In this document: positions 51,439 through 64,000 of the stretch, piece after piece | How positions within the stretch are numbered: the stretch's first letter is position 1 | How the letters are laid out: every line of letters starts with the position of its first letter | Source of the DNA: Azolla caroliniana | Lineage: Eukaryota; Plantae; Polypodiophyta | Assembly (NCBI GenBank): GCA_043228905.1 | Contig: JBHGNT010000001.1 | Coordinates: 29,946,001 to 30,010,000 of the forward strand | DNA: 64,000 nt | Direction: 5' to 3' | The notes under the pieces: model-generated | Databases searched by the model: none | What the model was told of the DNA's origin: nothing | The model's input: the letters and a program-made list of their open reading frames with translations, nothing else | Translations under genes and position numbers: made by a program

Positions 51439-54400
51439 TCACACCTTCACATGGGATCTAGAGTTACTTACAAAATCAAGAACAATCACACTAGTGTTGT
51501 CCTTTGTTCGCAATGTGCGTGCTTTATTGACAAGCATCTCAGCAATAGATTTAGCTGGCAGTGGGCCTATTTCAGCTCCATCGGCTTGGTAATGATGATT
51601 CTCTCTTGCCTAAACACATGACCAGAAGAAATTTTACCATTAACCACATTTTATCGCGGAAAACTATAGCAACAGACAAACTTTTTCTTTTTCTTTCTAG
51701 ATATAATATGTTAAAAAGAACCTGCAAAGGCACACAAAAGCAAAAACTCCAAAGCCATGACAGTTTGAGCTCAGTTGGTAAGTTTTCTAGCGAAGACAAC
51801 GGCGTGCATCCAACCTCTACATTCTACAGGGATATCTAAATTAATACCAAGATGGTGCATGTGCATGTGCAAGTAAACATCTAGCATACCAAGATTAGAC
51901 TGGAGCCCTAATATGAGAGAAAAACTTTTCATCACCATTGGTTTCCCCCAAAACTGCAGTGCTTAATTTTCATGATCAATGTCATTACTGTATTCATGTC
52001 AACGCATGTAGAAAGAGACCCATTAGGCAGTCTTGAGAAAATTAAATCTCAACAATGCAGTGTCTGATTTAATGATTGATGTGATTACAGTATTCACATA
52101 AATGCATTTAGAAAGATGTTCATCAGTCCGCATAAACCCTGTTCAATCTCACAATGCAGTGCCTACATTCAGGTCAATGCGTTTAGAAAGAGGCACATTT
52201 GTCAGCCTCAATAGGACCTAGGTGGGTATTGTTAGTGCAAATCCCCCATGGAAGACATTTCTAGAATTCATACTTAGAAACACAAATATAAATAACGAGC
52301 ACCATGCCGCTCTATCTCATCTATTTTGTATACCATCACTGGTGCATTTATGAAAATCTTGTGCTCTTTGAGAGATGCCACAGCTCCAGCCCTCATTGCA
52401 GCAAATAAAATCTTTCTTTGCACCATGTTCTGGATACAAATAAGGTGATCCTTGTGGAACAAATAATAGGAAGCCTTATATAAATTACCCCTCTAGACCC
52501 TCTAGAACTAGTATCCATCAGTCTCTAGCAATTCTTCATTCATCTTCCTTTCATAAAGTAGCAATAGGTACCTTCTGTAACTATTTCAGGCATCTATCCC
52601 CTGTCCTTAGATGACTGATAGAGAAATAAACACCCTGCTTTCAAGTGTCTAAACAACAGAATTTTCTGAAATGCTAGGCCTAAATGAGTGAGAAGCAAAA
52701 ACGAAGATCCAATAAAAGGTATCTATTCTTTTAATGTGACAAACCTCAATGGCCAGCTGTAGGACGCGCCGTTGGCTGAGTACATCCCAAAGCCCATCAC
52801 TGTATGGCAAACATGTAAAAATGACTGATATGTATCACATGAGACAAATAAATAATAGCCAAGAAGTAAAATACCTTGCCATGACCGCTAATGCCCTGCT
52901 CTCTTGAGTTATTTCTAATACTTCACTAACAAATGGTGTAGATGAAAATCGTGAATCTTCTTGCTTTAAAAATTTATCCCCCAGTGCACGAGCAATATTC
53001 ATGCCTGTTATTGCCAAGATACATTTATTAATTGAGTTCAAACGCAGTCGAAAAACTTGATATGCACAACACATACCACATAGGCGTGTCTCGCCTTCAC
53101 CTAGTTGATTCCCCATCTCTAACATTCGAGACCTTTCTGAAATGCTTGTCAGACGATGATCTTCAGTCATGGTAACAGATCTTCCTTCAATACTGCATTC
53201 CAGAAAAAAGTTTCCATTCCAATGGTTTTCAAGTAAAAGATAATCTAACAATGCTGCCATCTTTAACTTTACATTTAGTTTGAACTAAATATATATTAAG
53301 TAGCAATAATATGGCTACCCTTGATGCTTATCACTTCTACTGATGATAACATGCCTAACTGGCTTTTCCCAGAATGACCCATTTGTGCCAACACTTTTTC
53401 TTATTATTATCCCCAACGTGAAACAACTGGAAATGAAACTCGAGAGTAAATAAAGCTGCACAAATTAGCTTTGTGAGTAGTCATTGTAATAACAAAAAGA
53501 ATGCCCTACATTAGTGATAGTCTAACAACTACCCTATGCACATGCCAGTCAGTTAGTTTATGCAAGAATACTTAAGAATTCTCATTATCTCTACAGTAAT
53601 GCATTACTATGATGACAACTATATGTACCGTCTTTTCTTTAAAGATATAACCTTACAGATATGCATAACAACCCCAGTTTGGCAGCCCAAACTGCAATCA
53701 GTATTAACTTTTGCAATCTTATATTAAGGTCATCATATTTATTGTGCTTTAACATTATTTAGCATAATGGAAAATTCTGTATAGAACTGTTGACAGTAAA
53801 ATAAACATAATTATAAGATAATCGACCAGGACAGCACATTAACATCATTCTGTTCTAAAGAATGTTTAAATTTATGGGAACAGAAAGTTACCTGAATATA
53901 CATGCCGAGTCACCAACATTTGCACATTGAGCATATACAACCCTAGAAGGCCCCAGCCAAAGTAAGAGCACGGTGGCAGTGCAACCCTGACAACGTACAA
54001 ATGAAATAAATGAATTTCAAGCTTATAACATGGTGTTCAGAAACGCATAAGAAATCCTAGGCCTTGGTTTGGAAATAAATGGAAAAACAGTTTCTATGAA
54101 ACAACCTGGTTGGCAAATAAATAACCGTTTTCATAAAAAGAGAGAAACAGAGTTCACCTGTGCAATAACAGAAAATCATGTATCTTGGTATCCACAACTG
54201 CATGAATTATATCAGTGGACACATCGTCTAAAAACACATTCCTCATACACCCAAATTATCAGATTAAGCATGACTTTTGAACATTATGTTGTCAAAAAAC
54301 TAGAGTGGTATATGAATACATTATTTTTACATACTAGAGTGAAACATGCATATAATGTTTTGGTCCAAGAAGATTCCAGATCAATTAAGCCCTAATAAAC

Positions 54401-57400
54401 ATCAGCTCTTCGATTATCACAATTAGCCCGTTCATAAAAGTTACATGGATCAAAGAAATTCATCAGTCAAAAAAGAAAGGGTCCAACTAAACCTCATATT
54501 GATGATCCAAAGCTGCCTCTGTTTCATTAAATGCTGCTCGCAAGACATCTGTAGCATCCAAGTTGAACAGAACTTCGGTCCGTTTTGCATCTACTTCGAG
54601 AATATCCCTCAATTTCTGTGGCATTATCCTGCAGAAAATCATAAATAATCAAGGCGACGGCACTCTTGAGTCAAAGATTGAGGGATTTCTAGTATCAAAT
54701 TCAGATTCATGACACGAGTGAAATGGCCAGAGGAGCTATCAAGTAACTATGACCCCAGATGCACAACTAGTGGCGAGCGTAACTACATGTACTAGACACG
54801 CATGAACCAAGAAAAAAAGGAAAAATTCATTCCACTCTCCAAGTAGAGACAACACTTGGGAAATTCTGCTTGATCCTTGAACCATTCCAAACTCTGGGGA
54901 GACATGGGGGACAAGTTTTTGAGAAAGTTCATCAAAATACCAGAGAAAAGAGATGCACACATAAGTTTCAACCAACAAAGCTGCTTCTCAAATGTGAAAT
55001 TGGAAATTAATTAGCAATGAGGGAACAAACTTAATCAATGAAAACTGGAAAGTTGGATATGGAAAGCCCACTTTGATGATTTGACAACTTTCACAATGCC
55101 CAAGTCTATGTATGTGACTAAATTTAAAAAGTGCCAACATATCCCATTTCATAAAAGGTGTGGCAGGTTATTTTTTAAGAAATGTTTTCACTTATTTTTT
55201 AATTTCAGTGTCTCTTGTTTAGAAGCTTATCACATGCCCATCATATTTAGGAAATTGTTTCTAGAATTAAAGACATGTAACCCCTTTTAGGATCAAATTT
55301 AATTTTTCTAGAGAAAGAGTACTATCGTTGAATTAGATAATCACATTTAAGTTCAGATTCAATTTTTCAGAAGAAAAAGTACTATCTTTTTCTAGGGGTT
55401 TTCTTATGTTTTTTTATTTCCCAAATGCCCCAGAGATTTCATTTGTTCCCACACGCCCTTGGTCAACTCCTAAGAGACAGATAAAAGTTGTCCTAATGAT
55501 GTCAACACATGGTGTGCACCTTGCCTACACCAAACCAACTTTACACATGTGATGGTGCGTGTGGGAAGGAATTTGTGCTAAGGGTTAGACTAGAATTTGT
55601 GTGGCGTTTTATATGCATTTGGGGGTCATCTCTCAGTTCAAAGCTTGGCAGTTCTACCCCAGTGAACACAATCTGTAAAGTAACTCGATAACAGGATGAA
55701 TCGACCATATAATTGCTCTTTCGGTGTTTTTTCAATAGCATTCAGGAAAATAACACGCTCTTGGGGGCATTTGCAGAAATAAAGAAAAACACAGGCGATT
55801 TTGGGAGTTTTCCTTTAACTTTAACCTTAAAAATAAATTCCCCAAATTAAATAGGTGAATAGCCTAACTTTATATCTTTTGATTACCATGTGAATTAACA
55901 ACCATAAAAAAGAAAATGGTTTTCTTCATTAGAGGAACTCACTGGCTAGCAGCTATGGCAGCATCACCACCACCATGACCATCAAAAATGCAGAAAACGC
56001 CAAACTAGGGACAAAGAAAAGAGAATCATTATAACGACGCAAGGGATAATCAGATCCCTATTTTTATCTTTAACAATACTACAGCAGACCTCTTGAAGAC
56101 CCCTTAGGGGCCACTCATAAATGCAGACATCCTCCATTGGAAGCCGTCTTCCACCTCTTCGCAGAGCCATGGGATCAGCTGCAACACCCACATCAAATGG
56201 ACAAGACACGATAGGAATATCAGACCTTGATCCATTGACATCATCACAAGTGTGTACCTGAAATAAGAAAAGCTGTTATTTATTTCCTTTTCCAGATCTT
56301 AAATCCACATGCTAAAGTAAAAAGATATTTTATGGATATTTCCTATATTGATAAGAAATGTGGCAAGAATGTCTCCTACTGTCACTCAACACACATGAAC
56401 TTTGTAGTTATGTTAGCTATATAACTCTTACTGAAGGCAACCAAGCTATGTAAAAATGAAAATTAGCAGCCAATTATTCAAAAAGTTAATTTGTAGTACT
56501 AAATAATATTTTATGCTAATTTCTTTTTACTGTGGCCAAAAGATACACTAGAGACTACAAAAACAGATGACAGCTTACCAGTATTTGTGATGTAGAACCC
56601 AATAACAAAATGTCACCGGTTTCCAATCCTATTGGAATGCTATGTTTTCTTTTAGCCTCACCCCTTGATCGATCAAAGGGCACAGACTCATTGTTCACAT
56701 GTGTTCCATTTAGACTACCAAGATCTATCAGCTCCCATACTAGACTCTGGATATGAGAAATTTGCAAAAGCTTGTTAAGTTTGAGATATACAGCATAAAA
56801 ATGTTAAGTCTAGATTCACCTTCGAGTTCCATTTGATAGAGGCATGTTTCCCAGAAACCTCTGGATCATTCAAGACCAGATTGTTTGTGGGTACTCTCCC
56901 GATTGTGAGGGGTTGTCCAGGGGCCTTCGTAAAGACAGTACCAATTGACGGTCCAGAGACAACCTTCAGAGTTAAAGTACTCCCTGTAATCATGGATTAA
57001 TTTAAGAGATGCAATCCTGTGTAACAGTTAAAACAAATAACAGGAAAAACTGAAATATGTAAACCAGCTGTAATGTTGCTAGTGTGATTAATATTCCTAG
57101 TGTTATGTACAAATGACCTCCATTAAATAGAGCCTGTGTATACTTGCAGACCATTGAATATGTCTAGCACTAGGAATATTAAATTTAAATCTTGGTCATC
57201 ATAATTGCTTATATCCTGGTATCCTGGATTTCGTCAAGTGGCTGGAACGTCCACTATTAGAGGTTTTTAGACAAGCAAATTAGACAAGAGTGTATACCTT
57301 GACCCAACTGTGGTTGCTTTTTCTCTTGATCAACGCTGCCAGCTTCAAAAACTTCAGAAACCTTGATCCTTCTATTACTATCTTGTCGTGGAAGGATAGG

Positions 57401-58425
57401 TAATGCTCTCCTTTTTAGAGTCTGACCAGCTTCTAAAGCCAATAAATCAGATTCATCCACATCATCATCCCCCTCAATTTGTGAGCACAGAGGCTGAGAC
57501 ATGTCACTTGGCTAGAATCCAAACATCAGATATTAGAGGTAACTAAGTGGTAGGATTCAATGTCAAGTTATTACAGTTAATAAAACAATTCTTTCAGATT
57601 AATTCTCAACACAGAAAATAACCACATGGTGTGGCTCATTAGTTTGGCTACAGGTATACGTACTAAAACTAGGAGCGTCTAGCATACACCTTGTGTGAAA
57701 AATAAGAGATGGAATAGAAAACATATAAGAAATAATCACCCATTTGATTGGATTTAAAAACTGTGAAAATATGCTTACTTTTGTAACAAATGATTTAGCT
57801 TCATGTAACCTTGCATACTCGTAAGCCTTGTTACAAAAAAGTAGGGACTGTAGTCGAGGCTTCATCAGAATAATTTGCATAAAGTGAGCCCAGTTGGATT
57901 TAAATCAATGCCCAAACAAACACACAAATGTTGGATTTTACAAAGCACCCCATTAACCATTTATCACTCATGAATATTGCCATGATTTTCCACATAGTTT
58001 ATTCCATAAACCTTAAGTCTACTGTTCAGATAAAAGATAGTAAACATGTGCAGGACAAAGCCATTCACAAGCAAATGAGTTATCGTTCAGTAAAATGGGC
58101 CTCTTTCTGGCCATGGTGTTGACTTCCAATATGATCGCATAGCTATCTAGACTACACTGATAAGGCCATAAAAATGTAAATGTGGCCTTTATATTCTTAA
58201 TGTTGTTCTAGAGCAGCTTATGTGTGTACACATAAAACAAAGTATGAACAGAAAAGCAAAAGGTCAAAACCCAATAATAAGGACAAAAAATGGAACTATG
58301 GATTGCCTTACCTGTGCCTTTGTGAGTTGACGTATAGACCAGCAATGCCAAAATTTCCAAAATGTGAGCAATAAAATAAATGTGGCAACAAGAAAGATCC
58401 CTGCGAATATCCCTTTCTCGAGCAT
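51439..58425 (-). CDS. KAPP: Kinase-associated protein phosphatase-like (TM anchor + FHA + PP2C), 12 exons, ~530 aa
   Basis: Exons 58425-58312, 57511-57298, 56983-56820, 56746-56579, 56257-56090, 56004-55943, 54628-54493, 53986-53892, 53192-53077, 53004-52875, 52799-52745, 51609-51439; all GT-AG, phases consistent, 1593 nt total. Motifs: hydrophobic N-terminus; FHA IGR..EVSGKHA..DLGSLNGT; PP2C PMEDV, FDGHGG, GCTAT, ANVGDS, ARALGD, SDGLWDV, RTKDNTS. Probable 5'UTR exon donor near 59007. Confidence 0.93.
55395..55815. mobile_element. Possible Mutator-like MITE in a KAPP intron
   Basis: Imperfect inverted pair TTTTTATTTCCCAAATGCCCCAGAG / CTCTTGGGGGCATTTGCAGAAATAAAGAAAAA. Ends and TSD unresolved. 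Confidence 0.4.
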
Positions 58426-59300
58426 CTTGCAGCATCTCTTGCATATCTGAATGTTTCTCAGATCATGTGGCTAACCATTCAAACGACCAAAAACAATCCT
58501 TCCCAATGTGTCTTAGATTATATGATGAACCGTCCAGTAAACAGACAGAATTTGTTTCAAATTAAAATATCCTCCTCGACCAGTCTCGTAACATCTCTTG
58601 CATATCCCAATGCTCTCAGATCACGTGATTAACAATTCAGAAAAGACATGAAATTTCCTCGCAAGCAAAGGATCCACAGTTTTACCTGATATTCAAAGAA
58701 AGATAGGCATGAATAAAGGCAATATAGCATGTAAATGTTCTTAGAGTTCAAAAAGAAGTCACAATTGTCGCTGTACCAAAGAAAAAAACCAAAACCTACG
58801 CCTACCATTTTGGATTAATTTACTCGCATACCCAAAAAAAATACCAGATAGCACCATGGACTAGCAATTGGTTGAAGCCCAACAAACATTCTGATGATTT
58901 TTTAAAAAGTGAGGGTTGTCGTGGTAAATATCCAAGAAGCTAGGGGTACTTTGTCGTGTTCTTCCTATCAAAGAGCACACTTGAAAACAAAATATGCATA
59001 GAAATACCTGATATTTACAGAGATATAAAGCACACAGCGTGCAAATGTCGCTTCTTTAAGAAGAAGAAGAAGAAGAAGACACCATCGCTGTAGCTCGGAT
59101 AAAAGAATGGGTTTCTGCTCGCTCAGTGAAGAAAATCTGACTCTCCCCTCTCTATGTTTCAATCTGGACAGGCGATGGAGAAGGGGGGGCTCTGTTTAAC
59201 CTTCGATTCTCAGTCAAAATAAGAGAGATTTTTCATCTGTCGACGATCACATAAACATATATGATGAATGTGTATATATTTTTTCACACACACACACACA

Positions 59301-59331
<31 letters not shown>

Positions 59332-59759
59332 TGAGTCTCTGATGCAGAGCTATTTCTCCGCTCTCTTCTGTCTCTCTCATCCTTAACATTTTGAGTTTGA
59401 GACTTTGGGTGAATGATCCTCCTGGGTTCGAATCCGAATCAGCCCCCCACTTTCTTCATTGAGTTCAAGCCTATAAAAATAAAAATTTACATGTACATAT
59501 TTATGTAATTAGAAGTTAGAACCCCAACGTTTATTGTACCTTGTTAAGTCCTCATTCATTCACAATCCTTCACAATGGGCTCTCTCCTCCCGCACTTACC
59601 TATTCCTTGCTTGTCTACTCGACCCATGATCAAAATATATGATAGCTATTCCTTGCTTGTCTACTCCACCCATGATCAATAAGAGAGCACTTGTAGACTT
59701 TTTTTTAAACCGTTTCGTAGGAGAGTTAGTGATGTTATTGCCATGTACTTCAACCACAT

Positions 59760-60170
59760 CAAGAACCATGAATATACCAATGTGTTCAAAGGTATTGCTT
59801 GAGAACCCTAATAGCTAGTTTCTCCACCATTACATGTCCTCTAATTCATCATTAACACTCTTTCCCGCTTCTAAGTAGTAGGTATTGCAATCATTCCATC
59901 TACAATCTCATGCCCCAATTACTTCAAGCTTTCTATGGTTTCAAGTGACTCGTTATTATGTTCAATGCTTTCTTTCATCCATATCCAAGGTTTCTAACAG
60001 GGCACCATATCAAAAGCTTTTTTGAATTTTATGAAGCAACCATATAGTCCCTTACCTTTCAAACAACTTTCTTTCGTTAACATTTGGAGAGTGACAAGGT
60101 GATCGATAGTGTGCCATTCCTTATCAAACCATTTTTTCATTGAACTATATTTATTAGTATCATTGTCAAG
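59760..60170 (-). mobile_element. LINE reverse-transcriptase remnant
   Basis: HTIDHLVTLQMLTKESCLKGKGLYGCFIKFKKAFDMVP resembles the non-LTR RT motif (STIDH..TL...LY..FVDFKKAFD.V). Flanks are disrupted. Confidence 0.75.
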
Positions 60171-60567
60171 CATATGCTTAACAAAAAACATTTCTCTTTG
60201 TACGAAGAAATCATGAAAGCTTTCTATTCTAGTGTCGTGCCATTTTCCAACTTATCTTTAGTAACATATCCTTGAGCATATAAGCATATGCACAAATATG
60301 GTTGACGTTGAATATGGTTTCACTTCATATACACAACTCCTTCCATATATTTAAGATGAAATCATAAAGTCACGTGATCTTATTCCAAAGTCCATATGTG
60401 CTCTTTTAAAAGTCTATCACAATGGGAGAGTGTGGGACATGTGATGCATCCACTTCATTCAATATAAGAAATATCCCTTGTAGTTACTATAAGGGAGAAC
60501 TTTAACTCGTGTGCTCGAAGAAGAGAGTGTTCACATCAAGTTGAATGGTTCAGCTCCATATCTGAAC

Positions 60568-60792
60568 CATAGTATGAACCATACGTGTATTTGCATTCGT
60601 GAACATTACAATCATTCAAGTATGGCAAACACCCTCAAAGTATGGTAAATACCATACTTTTGTATTCATTATTTATTATAAGGTAAAAAGTGTAAAATAT
60701 ATATATAAGAATGTTTTGATAACATACACATTCATTTGCATTCGTATGGAAATGAATGTTTGCCAATGCATTCAAGTATATTACAGACTATG
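60568..60792. mobile_element. MITE family B, second copy
   Basis: Termini CATAGTAT...AGACTATG. Near-TSD ATCTGAAC / ATCTGGAT (6/8), consistent with an 8-bp hAT TSD. Confidence 0.65.
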
Positions 60793-63700
60793 ATCTGGAT
60801 TCTAAACAATAAACAAGCAAGAATACATGTTTTTTATAATCATGTATTCTACCAATATCTAGTAAGTGAAGGGAATCAATTAATGGCCCACATCTAATAT
60901 TTGGTATTATACTCTCTTAAGATTGAATTTTTTTTATACAAGTGTAATAATACCATCACATTTAACATTGTAGTATGAGGGGCATACCCTTGTAGAGGAA
61001 TTAGAGGAAAGGTAGGGATGTTAAGAAGAATTATTACCAATATGTAATAAAAGGAACTTTGTATATGCAAGTAGTGAGAATTCATAGTATGTAATCTATT
61101 GTTGCAAACTCTCATACATGTGATGAACAAAACATAATAGTTTTGCTCGCACTTATGACCCACAAACTTATTTGCAGGGAATGTTGTAATTGTAGCAGAA
61201 AACAATGTTTGGCTGGACAGAACCACAACATATATAGGATGCTTTTACTAATCCTTTCTTATGAAATTTCAAATTCCAAACAGTAAGCTATTATTCCAAA
61301 ATCTACCACCCAAAAGCATGAATATAAACAAATATAAATTCCACGATTCTCAATCCAAGATGAAGTGACTAAATGCATAGCATCCAATGTTACAAATTTA
61401 TATTTAGCTTATTTGATACACATTGAACTTGTGCTTTACTGAGCTAATCCACGCTCCAAGACAAATAAAGATGCCTAGAGAAATCATCCCGTTGTTCTAT
61501 CCTTCAAAGGATGAACATGTTGTATTATCCAAAATCTCAAATTTCAAGAACTTCAAAAGTGTCACGTAATTTCTGAGATAATCTTGCTTTTCTTGTTCTG
61601 TTCATAATTGAGATATAATTATCCTGTCAATCTGGCACATCACAAGCAAACATTCATATCCCAATAGAACCAGCCATTACTGCTTCCATCATTGAGAACT
61701 CTCGCCTGTTTTTTCTTGAGTTCTATCCTACTTCGTGACCCATTGAACAAGTCCATTATCATATGAGCCATAAAAAGGAGTATATGAGTAGCAGCGCCCC
61801 AAAATAGAAAAAGAGTTATGCTTCTTTCTGCATAATTGTTCAATGAAGCAAGCATGCTACACGTATTTAAGCGTGATGTGTATAAAACATAAGATCCCTC
61901 ATATACATAATTTGCAGTAAGCCTAATGGATTATACACAATACAGAATATGGGAAATGAAAAATGAAAAATATGTATGGAGGAGAGTACAAAGAAGTATC
62001 CCCCATAATTTCCAATAAGCCTAGGTATTATACACAGTATATGATATGGAACGAAAAATGATACCAGATGATTTTGAAAAAATATTGATGAAAATGAAAA
62101 CAATACAGTAGAAAATTCTAGCCTGAATAGTTGCTAATCTATCTATACACAATGATATGGATAATCATCAAATGACATGCCTGGAAAAACTGATATGAAA
62201 AAATCCCACATTGTATTAATGAGAAATAATTGTATTTAAGAGCATTATAAGAAAACATATTTTATTGAGCCTTAGCTTTTAAACACGTTGTTCCTTCTCT
62301 GAAATGAGATGTCTTAACTAGCTGTCAAATCATATCAGGAACCTGCAAAAGATAGTAAATACCATAAATCAATATTCAACAACAAGATAATTACTGAAGA
62401 AGAATTCACAGTATCAAGAAATGAAATGACTTAAGAATCATGACATATACTTTTCATGTCAATATTTACAAATCATTATGTAAAACAATTGAGCACAAAT
62501 GTATTTGCAAGAAGCTTTTGTTTGATGAAACAAATGCAAAACCAGATGATAGTAATGATCTAGTAATGGAGGCCAAATTTATCTCTGTAGGACTACGTAA
62601 TGTTGGGATATATGCAAATGATTATGTGCTCTTACAAATCATTTAAGTATGCTGAAAAGATAGGCAAATCACAACATAGTTTGATGGAGTAATGAAAGAA
62701 AAGTTACTGTAGAAATGAATATACGTTTCTGGTTGGATTGAACATTGTGACTTTGAAATGACATCAGTCGAATGGTTTACGACAAATAATTACACTTCCG
62801 AAATTATCATAACAGATGTATTCCCTCAGATATAAAAGCAGGCTTATAATATAAAGCTTGCAGAGTTTTCCATTGGATCATGAACCATGAAAAAGCTTAT
62901 CTTTTTCTAATTTTAGATCTAGGTTTTGCTCTAGGAATTCACCTTTGATGTTTCAACTGAAGAGTAGTCAAGATGAAATGAAGACTGCCGATATATGTTC
63001 AACTAAGAAGAGAGTCACAATAAAAATTTGACTCAAAGCTTGGGCCATGGACATAATCAGTAAGAATAACTTTGATTTACGATATTTGATTTAAATGCAT
63101 ATTAGAACACTGAATGCTCATCTATTGATAGTATTCACAAATCCGTGGGTTTACTTCCTTGTATCATTCATTTAGATCCTACCTTCAAATCTGGCTACTG
63201 AAACCATTAGTCATAATCAAACTTTGGTTACTTATAAAGCTTTGCAAATACAATTACTGTATTATATTGAATATTTTGGTTCCTATTAAGATTAGATTTC
63301 GAATGTTCCCAAAAAAGGCTATTTGGTTGAAATTTAGAAACTGTGTATTCCACATATTTCGATATCAACTTGTTTTAACTACAACAAGAAACGAATAGCC
63401 GTATAAAAGGAACCCTTACATGATAAGAAGACAAGAGGAAAGTTTTCTAATTTACAAAGACATTTTGTTTCAAGGATTGTGGCAACATTCTATTGCTCCT
63501 ATTTTATCTCTATTTCTTATGTTCCTCTAATTACAAAAATACTGTGAAGTTATCGAATTTCTCCACTTATTGGAGAGAGATTTTGTCAACAACAGCAACA
63601 GTAGCAAACTTATCATCATCTTCCACAACATGAAGATGAAGGTAAAAACCGCAGTTTTCGTTTGAGAGCACACACTACAGGAAAAAGGAACGAAATCACA

Positions 63701-63842
63701 AGAAGAAGGAGAAGAAAACAGTAAAAAAGAGTACGCATAAGGGAAGGAAATCCCAGTCAAAGGTAAAGGATGGGAAGAGAAGGCTTACATGATCAGATAG
63801 ACGAACGGAAAGATGAAGAAAGATCTTCTGTCTACTGTGCTT

Positions 63843-64000
63843 TCAAGGCATCTTGTCATAAGGATCATGGCGGCCGGTAACATTGCTCATCTTGAGGTCG
63901 AGGAGATACTTGTAGTTGTATTTGTCAGTGGTCCAGTAGCCATAGGGTTTGACAGGATGAGCCCATCCTTCCTTCACCTTCTCGCACTGTGCTTTCGTGG
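63843..64000 (-). CDS. Mitochondrial complex I plant-specific subunit P1 (At1g67350-like), 3' part only
   Basis: ..KAQCEKVKEGWAHPVKPYGYWTTDKYNYKYLLDLKMSNVTGRHDPYDKMP* resembles P1 as recalled (C.K.KE.WA.P..PYG.WT...S.V.GR.DPYD). The start lies beyond the window. Confidence 0.8.
   Translation of the reverse strand, partial: TKAQCEKVKEGWAHPVKPYGYWTTDKYNYKYLLDLKMSNVTGRHDPYDKMP

Noticed and set aside
52835-53260. 141-aa ORF reading through a KAPP intron
   Set aside because: The 72-nt intron (53005-53076) happens to be in frame. Canonical splice sites restore the conserved RLCGMNIARALGD motif.

Overview
Eukaryotic, AT-rich, intron-containing land-plant nuclear DNA. A fern-like genome is inferred from the protein style and RT remnants but not proven. 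Nine protein-coding genes can be reconstructed by hand from GT-AG splice sites: a PP2-A10-like gene (minus, runs off the left edge), psaG, a CWC21/SRRM2-like splicing factor, a Cir_N-domain LENG1-like gene, a 51-aa single-TM microprotein missing from the ORF track, a trihelix/Myb-SANT factor, a CFL1-like WW protein, a 12-exon KAPP-like FHA-PP2C, and the 3' end of complex I subunit P1. Intergenic DNA and introns hold hAT-type MITEs, decayed LINEs, many 100-300 bp tandem duplications and microsatellites. The most striking observation is a pair of related insertions: a 436-bp solo LTR with a 5-bp TSD (13539-13974), and a 315-bp fold-back element (35734-36048) built from two inverted copies of that LTR's U3-side end, with TGT...ACA termini and its own perfect 5-bp TSD. 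Other oddities are a repeat array 3' of psaG, a uORF echoing the N-terminus of its own main ORF, and several candidate 3'UTR introns. All coordinates and alignments were done by eye.
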